Position numbers and translations under genes: made by a program. Below, piece by piece: positions 19,097-27,136 of a stretch of DNA of 64,000 nt (positions within the stretch are counted from its first letter, which is position 1; each line of letters begins with the position of its first letter). This DNA is from Desulfuromonadales bacterium. Its GTDB lineage: Bacteria > Desulfobacterota > JAENJC01. The notes beneath the pieces were generated by a model, which did not search any database, was not told the DNA's origin, and saw only the letters and a program-made list of their open reading frames with translations. The stretch is from positions 16,749-80,748 of the forward strand of contig CAKKSC010000007.1 of NCBI GenBank assembly GCA_919902985.1. The letters are read 5' to 3'.

Positions 19097-19162
19097 CCAA
19101 GTTGCTTTCAAACATTAAATTAATGGAATTATAAAAAGCTTCCTTGACCCGGATGGGTATTA
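19097..19162. repeat. direct repeat unit 2 downstream of tRNA-Gly, upstream of rimP
   Basis: ATACCAAGTTGCTTTCAAACAT and ACCCGGATGGGTATTA. Ends 9 nt before the rimP ATG. Confidence 0.65.
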
Positions 19163-19170
19163 GGTTTTAT

Positions 19171-19632
19171 ATGGCTGAAGACGGTGTTGTTGAAAAGGTT
19201 GCTTCCCTTGCGGTTCCTGCCCTCGAAGAGATGGGAATGGAGCTTGTGTCTCTTGAGTACAGGAAAGAAGGGAGCGGCTGGGTCCTCAGGCTTTTTATAG
19301 ACAGGGACGGCGGAGTTACGCTTGACGACTGCGCTGATGCAAGCAGAGTGGTAGAGGCGTTCCTTGATGCTGCTGATATCATCCCTCATGAATACAGTCT
19401 TGAGGTTTCATCCCCCGGCCTTAACAGGCCGTTGAAAAAAGATGTCGATTTCAGGCGTTTTATCGGGAAGACTGCAAAGATCAAAACCTTTGAGATAATA
19501 GATGGCAGCAGGAACTTCAAGGGACGCATAGAGGGTTGTGAAGATAATATTGTACTTCTAAATGTTGACGGGACTATCCACCATATACCATTAAAAAAGA
19601 TCGCCAAGGCTAATATTGAATACGAGTTTTGA
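19171..19632 (+). CDS. rimP: ribosome maturation factor RimP
   Basis: DUF150/RimP fold immediately upstream of nusA. Start at MAEDGVV (ATG 19171), inside the longer ORF that the track starts at 19144. Confidence 0.85.
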   Translation: MAEDGVVEKVASLAVPALEEMGMELVSLEYRKEGSGWVLRLFIDRDGGVTLDDCADASRVVEAFLDAADIIPHEYSLEVSSPGLNRPLKKDVDFRRFIGKTAKIKTFEIIDGSRNFKGRIEGCEDNIVLLNVDGTIHHIPLKKIAKANIEYEF

Positions 19633-19647
19633 TGAATGGAGGTAAAA

Positions 19648-20778
19648 ATGATTCTTGAACTTAACCGGGTTTTGGAACAGGTAGGAAAGGACAAAGGGAT
19701 AAGCAAGGCAATACTTATTGAAGCAATTGAGTCGGCTGTGCTCATGGCAGCCAAGAAGAAGTATGGCGCAGACAAGGAGATTGAGGCCCACTTCAATGAA
19801 GAGCTGGGGGAGGTTGAGCTTTTCCAGTTCAAGACCGTAGTGGAGAATGTTGTTGACCCTGATAATGAAGTATCTCATCAAAAGGCTGTGAAAGAGGACC
19901 CGGGGGTCGAGGTCGGGGACAGCCTCGGAATGAAACTGGATGCATCAGGTTTTGGCAGGATCGCAGCACAGGCGGCTAAACAAATTATCGTCCAGAAGCT
20001 GAGGGACGCAGAGAGGGACAATATTTATAATGAGTTCAGGGAACGGAAGGGAGAGATCCTAAACGGTATAGTCAAGAGATTTGAGCACGGAGATATGATA
20101 GTAGATCTCGGTAAGACAGAGGCCGTTCTTTCCCAGAAGGAGCAGGTCCCAGGTGAAAATTACAGGCCTACTGAGAGGGTAAGAGCATATCTTGTTGACG
20201 TGAAAAAGACCTCAAAGGGCCCCAACATAATACTTTCAAGGACGCATCCAGGGATGGTTGCAAAGCTCTTTGAGCTTGAGGTCCCTGAGATTCATGAGGG
20301 GATCGTAAAGATAAAGAATGTTGTAAGGGAGCCCGGCAGCAGGGTCAAGATCGCGGTTGTAAGCGAGGACAGGGACATTGACCCGGTTGGAGCATGTGTC
20401 GGGATGAAGGGGAGCCGGGTGCAGGCTGTAGTCCAGGAGCTAAAGGGCGAGAAGATCGATATTGTGGAGTGGGTGGATGACCCTGCCAGATTTGTGTGCA
20501 ATGCCCTGTCTCCGGCCCAGATAGCGAAGGTTATAGTGCACGACTCTGAAAAGTCGATGGAGGTTATAGTCCCCGACAACCAGCTCTCTCTCGCTATCGG
20601 CAAGAGGGGTCAGAACGTAAGGCTTGGCGCAAAGCTGACCGGATGGAAGATAGATATATTCAGCGAGTCCAAGAAGTCCCTGGCTATGGAGGCTGAGAAG
20701 GCCTTATGGGAGATCCCCACTGTTACGGATGAGGAAGAGAATGTGGAAGGAATAGAAAGTCCAGAGGCTAATGAATAA
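19648..20778 (+). CDS. nusA: transcription termination/antitermination factor NusA
   Basis: S1 and KH domains (GMKGSRVQAV; GKRGQNVRLG). Start at ATG 19648, preceded by a GGAGGT RBS. Confidence 0.9.
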   Translation: MILELNRVLEQVGKDKGISKAILIEAIESAVLMAAKKKYGADKEIEAHFNEELGEVELFQFKTVVENVVDPDNEVSHQKAVKEDPGVEVGDSLGMKLDASGFGRIAAQAAKQIIVQKLRDAERDNIYNEFRERKGEILNGIVKRFEHGDMIVDLGKTEAVLSQKEQVPGENYRPTERVRAYLVDVKKTSKGPNIILSRTHPGMVAKLFELEVPEIHEGIVKIKNVVREPGSRVKIAVVSEDRDIDPVGACVGMKGSRVQAVVQELKGEKIDIVEWVDDPARFVCNALSPAQIAKVIVHDSEKSMEVIVPDNQLSLAIGKRGQNVRLGAKLTGWKIDIFSESKKSLAMEAEKALWEIPTVTDEEENVEGIESPEANE

Positions 20779-21469
20779 GAAAATGGTAAAGGCCGGCAGC
20801 GGATTCACTCCGGGGCGGCCGCGGGGTGGGGCGGCATCGGAGGAGCGAAGCGACGTACGGGTCTCCGATAAGATCAGTAAGATTAGAACATGTCTGGGTT
20901 GCAGGGTCTCTAAGGAAAAGGAAGAGCTTGTAAGGCTCATGAAATCTCCAGACGGGATTGTAGTTATAGACTATAAAAGAACCCTCCCCGGCAGAGGTGC
21001 TTATGTCTGCCCGACAGAGTCATGCATCAGGGATGCATTTTCAAGGAAGCAGATTACAAGGGTGTTTAAAGTTTCACAGATTGAGGGAGTGGATGAGTTC
21101 CTTGACCGCTTAAGGAAGCTGATTCTTTACAGGATTTCATCGCTCCTTTCCCTTGCAAGAAAGGCAGGGAAGGTTGTGGATGGAAGAGAGGCTGTCGAAA
21201 AGGGGATGGAGAAAGGGACTATAAAACTTCTCGTCTTTGCTGAAGACCTTTCTCCCCTGAGTTTGAAGGATATGAAAGATATATGTCTCAAGAGAGGAAT
21301 AATGTATTATACATACATCTCAAAGGACGGTATGGGTGGCCTTATAGGTAAGGGAGAGAGGGGTGCACTCGGCATAGCGGATGAATCTTTCTCATCCTTA
21401 TTGGGAAAGGAATTTGAAAGGTTTAAGAGTCTGGGAAGTATGGGCTCAGGGGGTGGAAAAAATGGCTAA
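20771..21469 (+). CDS. YlxR (DUF448)-L7Ae/YlxQ-like fusion protein
   Basis: N-terminal part carries the CLGCR...YVC zinc-ribbon motif of YlxR. C-terminal part has the L7Ae-like ARKAGKVV...[10 protein letters not shown] motif. One continuous ORF between nusA and infB. Confidence 0.6.
   Translation: MNKKMVKAGSGFTPGRPRGGAASEERSDVRVSDKISKIRTCLGCRVSKEKEELVRLMKSPDGIVVIDYKRTLPGRGAYVCPTESCIRDAFSRKQITRVFKVSQIEGVDEFLDRLRKLILYRISSLLSLARKAGKVVDGREAVEKGMEKGTIKLLVFAEDLSPLSLKDMKDICLKRGIMYYTYISKDGMGGLIGKGERGALGIADESFSSLLGKEFERFKSLGSMGSGGGKNG
20801..20869 (+). repeat. about 70-nt conserved element, copy A (nusA-ylxR junction, overlaps the annotated ylxR 5' region)
   Basis: GGATTCACTCCGGGGCGGCCGCGGGGTGGGGCGGCATCGGAGGAGCGAAGCGACGTACGGGTCTCCGAT. 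About 80% identical to copy B. Confidence 0.6.
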
Positions 21470-23840
21470 GATAAGGATTCACGAACTTGCGAAGGAATTG
21501 GGCTTGGAAAACAAGGATGTAATAGCCAAGTGCAAACAGCTTGGATTTGGAGATAAGAGCCCTTCTCACGGCCTTGAAAACAGCGAGGCGGATAGTGTCA
21601 GGAAGGCCTTTAAGCCCCGCGAAGAGGCCTTGCCGGAAGAGATGCAGATTGTTGTAGAGAAAAAGGTCACCCTTGAGGACAGGGAGTTGTCTGTTGAAGA
21701 AAGGCGGGTAAAGTCCACTGTTATCAGGAGGAGGACTAAAGAGATAGAGGTCAAGCCCCAGGTTGTCGAGCCGGTTGAGCCTGTTAAGGTTGAAAAGGTC
21801 CCAGCAGTCCATGAGCTTCCATCCGAGCTGGCGGAGGTTGCCGTTCCTGTGATAGGGCCGCAAATTCCAGAAATGCAGCTGGTGCGTGTCATTGAAGAAG
21901 AGAAGCCTAGGGAAGAGGCCACGGGGAAGAAGAAGGATAAGAAGGAGATACTTAAGAAGGTGGAAAGCTTGGAGCTCAAGGAGCGTGTGTTTAAACCCGT
22001 GCCCGCTTTCAGGGGAAAGAGGCGAGGGGCAAAGGCTGCGCCTGCGGCAGGTTCCAAGAAGACTGAGATAACAGTTCCCAAGGCTATAAAAAGGGTCATT
22101 AAGGTCTCGGACGTGATACAGGTCGGGGAACTGGCCAAGAGGATGGGGATTAAGGCGGGTGAGGTTATAAAGAAGCTGTTCGGGCTTGGTATCATGGCCA
22201 CGATAAACCAATCAGTTGACATAGATGCTGCTACCCTTATCGCCCAGGACTTCGGGTACGAGGTCGAGAGGGTTGGAATGGAGATAGTGGAGGAAATGCT
22301 TGAAGAGACTGCGGATATAGCCGAGAATAAGGTTTTGAGGCCTCCCGTAGTTACAGTTATGGGTCATGTTGACCACGGTAAGACATCACTTCTGGACGCC
22401 ATAAAACAGACCGATGTGGCTGCAGGAGAGGCTGGGGGGATAACGCAGCATATAGGTGCCTATCACGTGAAACTCGATAAGGGAGACCTTGTGTTTCTGG
22501 ATACACCAGGGCATGAGGCGTTCACTGCCATGAGGGCGAGGGGTGCCCAGGTTACCGACTTTGTTGTCCTTGTGGTTGCTGCTGACGATGGGGTAATGCC
22601 CCAGACTGTGGAGGCCATAAACCATGCCAAGGCAGCCAACGTTCCGATCATTGTTGCGGTCAACAAGATAGACAAGCCTGGCGCCAACCCTGATAAGGTT
22701 AAACAGTCTTTATCCGAGCATGGACTTCAACCTGAGGGTTGGGGAGGGGACACCATCTTTGTGAATGTCTCTGCAAAACAGAGGACTGGGATCAAGGAAC
22801 TCCTTGAGATGATAATCCTTCAGGCAGAGGTAATGCAGCTTAAGGCCAACCCTGACAAGTTTGCCAAGGGAACTATAATAGAGGCAAGGCTTGACAAGGG
22901 TAGAGGGCCTGTGGCAACTGTCCTAGTTCAGGAGGGGACCCTTAAGGTAGGAGACCCCTTCGTTGCAGGGGTCCACTACGGAAGGGTCAGGGCCATGCTT
23001 GACGACAAAGGGGCAAAGGTTCTGGAGGCAGGCCCATCAATGCCGGTGGAGGTGCAGGGCCTTCCTGGAGTGCCTCAGGCTGGAGAGAGGTTCGTAGTCG
23101 TCTCTGATGAGAAAAAGGCAAAGGAGATAGGAACATACAGGCAGATGAAGCAGAGGGAGACTGAACTTTCCAAGAGCAGCAAGGTCTCTCTTGAGGACCT
23201 CTACAATAAGATAAAAGATGGAGAGGTAAAAGAACTGGGGATCATCATCAAGGCCGATGTTCATGGTTCCGTAGAAGCATTGACCGAGTCACTCCAGAAG
23301 CTCTCGACCGACGCTATAAAACTGAAGGTGCTTCACGGTTCCGTTGGGGCCATAACAGAGACCGACGTGCTTCTGGCTGCTGCTTCCAACGCCATAATAA
23401 TAGGTTTCCATGTCCGCCCTGATGTCAAGGTGCAGGCGTTGGCAGATGAAGAAGGGGTGGATGTAAGGCTTTACAGCATTATCTATGAGGTCACGGAGGA
23501 TGTGAAGAAGGCCATGGAGGGCCTCCTTGCACCGACCATCAAGGAGGTAGTCCTTGGAAGGGCTGAGATCAGGGAGATATTCAGCGTTCCAAAGATTGGG
23601 AACATCGGCGGCTGCTTTGTGACGGATGGAAAGATAACGAGAGGCTCCATGATAAGGCTTATAAGGGACGGGATAGTGATCCATGACGGCAAGCTGGCCT
23701 CCTTGAGAAGGTTCAAGGACGATGTTAAAGAGGTGCAGTCCGGGTATGAATGCGGTATCGGCATAGAGAACTATAACGACATCAAGACCGGTGATGTGAT
23801 TGAGGCTTATATACACGAAAAGATAGCAGCAAAATTATAG
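21462..23840 (+). CDS. infB: translation initiation factor IF-2
   Basis: GTP-binding domain [25 protein letters not shown]. Start at [13 protein letters not shown] (ATG 21462), after a GGGGGTGGA RBS. Confidence 0.95.
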   Translation: MAKIRIHELAKELGLENKDVIAKCKQLGFGDKSPSHGLENSEADSVRKAFKPREEALPEEMQIVVEKKVTLEDRELSVEERRVKSTVIRRRTKEIEVKPQVVEPVEPVKVEKVPAVHELPSELAEVAVPVIGPQIPEMQLVRVIEEEKPREEATGKKKDKKEILKKVESLELKERVFKPVPAFRGKRRGAKAAPAAGSKKTEITVPKAIKRVIKVSDVIQVGELAKRMGIKAGEVIKKLFGLGIMATINQSVDIDAATLIAQDFGYEVERVGMEIVEEMLEETADIAENKVLRPPVVTVMGHVDHGKTSLLDAIKQTDVAAGEAGGITQHIGAYHVKLDKGDLVFLDTPGHEAFTAMRARGAQVTDFVVLVVAADDGVMPQTVEAINHAKAANVPIIVAVNKIDKPGANPDKVKQSLSEHGLQPEGWGGDTIFVNVSAKQRTGIKELLEMIILQAEVMQLKANPDKFAKGTIIEARLDKGRGPVATVLVQEGTLKVGDPFVAGVHYGRVRAMLDDKGAKVLEAGPSMPVEVQGLPGVPQAGERFVVVSDEKKAKEIGTYRQMKQRETELSKSSKVSLEDLYNKIKDGEVKELGIIIKADVHGSVEALTESLQKLSTDAIKLKVLHGSVGAITETDVLLAAASNAIIIGFHVRPDVKVQALADEEGVDVRLYSIIYEVTEDVKKAMEGLLAPTIKEVVLGRAEIREIFSVPKIGNIGGCFVTDGKITRGSMIRLIRDGIVIHDGKLASLRRFKDDVKEVQSGYECGIGIENYNDIKTGDVIEAYIHEKIAAKL

Positions 23841-23907
23841 TGGACAGTGGCCGGTGATCGGTGATCAGTTGATGCCGACCACTGACGTCTGACCACTGAC
23901 CACTGAA
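23841..23907. repeat. heptamer-array inverted pair (GTGGNCN x4 / CTGACCA x4) directly after the infB stop
   Basis: (GTGGACA)(GTGGCCG)(GTGATCG)(GTGATCA)...(CCGACCA)(CTGACGT)(CTGACCA)(CTGACCA). The arms are imperfectly complementary. Confidence 0.7.
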
Positions 23908-23910
23908 TTT

Positions 23911-24198
23911 ATGGTAGTAGGTGTTTGTTATATAAATCTCAGTATCCCGGGTGCTCACTCTCTGAAGGAGAAGAGGCATGTGCTTAAAAGCCTTACGACC
24001 AGGGTCAGGGGGAGCTTCAATGTGTCTGTAGCCGAGGTCGGTGACAATGAAGTGTGGCAGAGCTCGGTGATAGGGATTGCGGTTGTTGGCAATGCGAGGG
24101 GATTTGTAAACTCAGTCCTGGATAAAATAATAGATTTTATTGAAGGATTAAAAAGTGTGGAGATCATGAGCCACGAGATTGAGATAATGAATTATTAA
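23911..24198 (+). CDS. DUF503 (YlxP-like) protein
   Basis: 95 aa between infB and rbfA, the conserved position for this family. Hydrophobic N-terminal core VVGVCYINLSIPGAHSLKEKRHVLKS. Confidence 0.65.
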   Translation: MVVGVCYINLSIPGAHSLKEKRHVLKSLTTRVRGSFNVSVAEVGDNEVWQSSVIGIAVVGNARGFVNSVLDKIIDFIEGLKSVEIMSHEIEIMNY

Positions 24199-24200
24199 AT

Positions 24201-24272
24201 ACCGTGAGCCGTGAACTGTGAGGCGTAAGGAGTAAAGAATTATAAACACACCACACGTCTCACGTCTTACGG
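24201..24272. repeat. heptamer-array inverted pair (CCGTGAG-type / CTCACGT-type)
   Basis: (CCGTGAG)(CCGTGAA)(CTGTGAG)(GCGTAAG), then a 29-nt spacer, then (CACACGT)(CTCACGT)(CTTACGG). Lies between the DUF503 gene and rbfA. Confidence 0.7.
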
Positions 24273-24280
24273 ATTTTATT

Positions 24281-24655
24281 ATGGAATACAAAAGAAAAGA
24301 CAGGGTCGCAGATCTGCTCCACCACGAGATATCACAGCTCCTTATAAAGGGGATTAAAGACCCGAGGATTGGGTTTGTGACCATCACCGGTGTTGAAGTC
24401 AGTGATGACCTCAAAGAGGCAAAGGTCTACTACAGCCTGATTGGAAACGATGAGGATAAAAAGGCGGCTGCAGACGGCCTAAGAAGTTCTACCGGTTTCA
24501 TAAGGAGTACGCTGAGAAAGGTGCTTGCCCTGAAGCATATCCCGAATCTGCACTTCAGGTTTGACAGCTCCCTTGAGTATGGAGAAAGAATAGAGAGGCT
24601 GCTCAAAGAGGTAAAAGTGGAAGAGGTGAAGGAAGATGATGGAGAGGATAGTTAA
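24281..24655 (+). CDS. rbfA: ribosome-binding factor A
   Basis: RVADLLHHEISQLL...DPRIGFVTITGVEVSDDLK, a KH-like RbfA signature. Confidence 0.85.
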   Translation: MEYKRKDRVADLLHHEISQLLIKGIKDPRIGFVTITGVEVSDDLKEAKVYYSLIGNDEDKKAAADGLRSSTGFIRSTLRKVLALKHIPNLHFRFDSSLEYGERIERLLKEVKVEEVKEDDGEDS

Positions 24656-25592
24656 GGAACTACAAAACAACAATACCTTTCTGATTGTATCCCATATTAA
24701 CCCTGATGGAGATGCCATAGGCTCGTCGCTTGCCCTTGCAGCCGGTCTAACGGCCACAGGGAAAAAGGTTACTGTATTCAACAATGACAGTGTCCCTGAT
24801 ATAGTCAGATTTTTACCTGGCTCAAGCGAGATAGTACATGAACTATTAGCTGGCGATCAGTTTGATGCTGCCATTGTTGTGGACTGCGGCACCCCGAAGC
24901 AGCTTGGCGATAAGTTCAATGCCTTCAAGGGTTACAAGAAACTCCTTAATATAGACCACCATGCAACAAACCTCAATTTTGCAGATGTAGTTTTCCTTGA
25001 CCCCGATGCCTGTGCCACAGGGGCGATGATTTACAGGATACTCAAGAGTATGCAGGTTGAGATAACAAGGGCGATCGCCCTGTCTATTTACACAACCATT
25101 GTTGTGGATACCGGCTCCTTCCATTATGGAAACTCAAACCCGGAGGCTTTCAGGATCGCAGGTGAGATGGTGGATATAGGAGTTGAGCCGTGGTTTGTGG
25201 CTGAAAACCTTTATGAGAGCCAGCCTGAAGGAAGGATAAGGCTTCATTCTATGGCGTTAAATACCCTCACCACCCATTATGACGGCAAGATCGGGTTCAT
25301 CATGGTATCAAAAGAGATGTACAAGGCCACTGGGACAACGGCAGAGGACACAGACGGGATTGTGAATTATGCCAGGTCTCTGAGGGGTGTGGAGGTGGCA
25401 ATATTTATTAGAGAGATATCACCTGATAAGTACAAGGCCTCTCTCCGCTCCAAGGGTAGGGTGGATGTTACAAAGATTGCGGGAAGGTATGACGGAGGAG
25501 GTCATGTTAACGCAGCAGGCTGTGTGCTTAAGGGAAGCCTGCCGGAGGTAAAGAAGAATCTGTTAGAGGCAACTGAGGAGATACTGAAATAA
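24636..25592 (+). CDS. DHH/DHHA1 phosphoesterase (NrnA-like oligoribonuclease/pAp phosphatase)
   Basis: DHH motifs SHINPDGDAIGS and NIDHH. DHHA1 GGGH motif near the C-terminus. Confidence 0.8.
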   Translation: MMERIVKELQNNNTFLIVSHINPDGDAIGSSLALAAGLTATGKKVTVFNNDSVPDIVRFLPGSSEIVHELLAGDQFDAAIVVDCGTPKQLGDKFNAFKGYKKLLNIDHHATNLNFADVVFLDPDACATGAMIYRILKSMQVEITRAIALSIYTTIVVDTGSFHYGNSNPEAFRIAGEMVDIGVEPWFVAENLYESQPEGRIRLHSMALNTLTTHYDGKIGFIMVSKEMYKATGTTAEDTDGIVNYARSLRGVEVAIFIREISPDKYKASLRSKGRVDVTKIAGRYDGGGHVNAAGCVLKGSLPEVKKNLLEATEEILK

Positions 25593-25594
25593 AA

Positions 25595-25676
25595 GTGCAA
25601 AATGTAAAATGCAAATGATAAAATTAATACACCTCCATTTTACGCTTTACACTTTGAAATTTGCACTTTGAAATTT
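25595..25676. repeat. AT-rich heptamer-array inverted pair (TGCAAAA-type / CACTTTG-type)
   Basis: (TGCAAAA)(TGTAAAA)(TGCAAAT)...(CATTTTA)(CGCTTTA)(CACTTTG)(AAATTTG)(CACTTTG). Lies between nrnA and truB. Confidence 0.65.
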
Positions 25677-25679
25677 ATT

Positions 25680-26558
25680 ATGGATGGTATTCTGGTCATT
25701 GATAAACCTGAAGGGGTTACATCCCATGATGTTGTTAACTCTGTCAGAAGGATTGCCGGGACAAGAAAGGTCGGACATGCGGGAACCCTCGACCCCTTTG
25801 CTACCGGGGTGTTGATAGTAGGGATCAATCAGGGGACAAAGCTACTCCCTTTTCTGCAAATAGATGAGAAGGAATATGAGGCCACAGTCAGGCTCGGTGT
25901 TGAGACTGATACCCTTGACAGGGACGGCAGGATTTTGAGAGAGACCCAATGTCCTTCCATCGGGTACGAAGAGATGGAAAAGACACTGGCCTCATTTGTC
26001 GGGAGGCAGAATCAGATTCCCCCGATATATTCGGCTATAAAGAAGGAAGGTGTTCCTCTCTACAAGCTTGCAAGAAAAGGGGTCGAGGTTGAGGTTCTCC
26101 CCAGAGAGATTGATGTATACGGGATTACCCTCAGCACCCTTGATATACCTCAAGTTTCATTTACGGTGAGATGTTCAAGCGGCACTTATATAAGGAGCCT
26201 GGCGCGGGACATAGGTATAAAACTCGGCTGTGGTGGACATCTGAAGTCATTAAGAAGGACCAGGAGCGGAAGGTTTGGTGCTGATAAGGCTATACCTTTA
26301 TGCATGCTTAAGGAAATGGGAAATAAATGGGCTGATCGAGCCATATCGCTTAAAGATGCCCTTTCTCTTCCAGAGGTAATGGTAGATCCGTTAAAGGCCG
26401 AGATGATAAGGATGGGGAAGGAGCTTGACTCTGAAGATATCTGCTCCAGTGCAGTTTTATCCGGCAGGTTTATGCTGACCTGCAACAGGGAGCTGGTGGC
26501 TGTGGCTGAAGTGGGAGAGGGTGCGAAGCTGCTGTTGATAAGGGTTTTTAACCCTTGA
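25680..26558 (+). CDS. truB: tRNA pseudouridine-55 synthase TruB
   Basis: GILVIDKPEGVTSHDVV...GHAGTLDPFATGVL, the catalytic Asp motif. The track ORF starts at TTG 25668; ATG 25680 is preferred. Confidence 0.9.
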   Translation: MDGILVIDKPEGVTSHDVVNSVRRIAGTRKVGHAGTLDPFATGVLIVGINQGTKLLPFLQIDEKEYEATVRLGVETDTLDRDGRILRETQCPSIGYEEMEKTLASFVGRQNQIPPIYSAIKKEGVPLYKLARKGVEVEVLPREIDVYGITLSTLDIPQVSFTVRCSSGTYIRSLARDIGIKLGCGGHLKSLRRTRSGRFGADKAIPLCMLKEMGNKWADRAISLKDALSLPEVMVDPLKAEMIRMGKELDSEDICSSAVLSGRFMLTCNRELVAVAEVGEGAKLLLIRVFNP

Positions 26559-26627
26559 TTTGCTTCTTTACATTACCATTATAATATGGTAAAAACAATT
26601 TTTATTTAGAAAGGGGGTGATGAGAAA

Positions 26628-26897
26628 ATGGCAATAACGACTGAGAAAAAGAGAGAATTGATAGAATCGTATAAGACCCATGACGGGGATACCGGCTCTG
26701 CTGATGTCCAGATAGCGATCTTAAGTGAAAGGATCGGCTATCTGACTGAGCACTTCAAGACCCATGCAAAGGACCACCACTCCCGCAGGGGACTCCTTAA
26801 ATTGGTTAGCCAGAGAAGGAGGCTTCTCGATTACCTGAAAAGGAAAAACCAGGCAAGGTATGAAGGACTTATTTCAAGGCTTGGATTGAGAAAATAA
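26628..26897 (+). CDS. rpsO: 30S ribosomal protein S15
   Basis: 89 aa with typical S15 sequence ([32 protein letters not shown]). Confidence 0.95.
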   Translation: MAITTEKKRELIESYKTHDGDTGSADVQIAILSERIGYLTEHFKTHAKDHHSRRGLLKLVSQRRRLLDYLKRKNQARYEGLISRLGLRK

Positions 26898-27026
26898 AGA
26901 CTATTCACGCAAAGACGCAAAGAGCGCAAAGATAAATAGAAATGGACTAAATCCTTTCTTGGCGTACTGGCGCCTTTGCGAGCAGAATATGGTTTTTGAG
27001 TTGAATAATAATATAAGGTCCGCAAA

Positions 27027-27096
27027 GGATTCAATCCGGGCTGACCGCGGGGTACGGGGACATCGGAGGAGAAGAGCGACGCACGTGTCCCCGATC
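27027..27096 (+). repeat. about 70-nt conserved element, copy B (rpsO-pnp leader)
   Basis: GGATTCAATCCGGGCTGACCGCGGGGTACGGGGACATCGGAGGAGAAGAGCGACGCACGTGTCCCCGAT. Contains an 8-bp stem CGGGGACA/TGTCCCCG. Confidence 0.6.
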
Positions 27097-27136
27097 AAAA
27101 TAAATACTGGGAAACTATCCAGGAAAGTGGGAGAAC

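Noticed and set aside
18760-19170. Genomic island or integrative element at tRNA-Gly
   Set aside because: Direct repeats flank the tRNA, but the flanked region is only about 330 bp and contains just the tRNA and terminators. No integrase, and no compositional shift that I can see. It is recorded as a regulatory-repeat finding instead.
21600-22100. Repetitive E/K/V-rich region at the 5' end of infB as a mobile or repeat element
   Set aside because: A low-complexity N-terminal region is a normal feature of bacterial IF-2.
21423-22222. Two long minus-strand ORFs (262 and 218 aa) inside infB
   Set aside because: They are antisense to the K/E-rich N-terminal region of IF-2. Both translate into low-complexity S/L/P-rich junk. 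infB identity is unambiguous.
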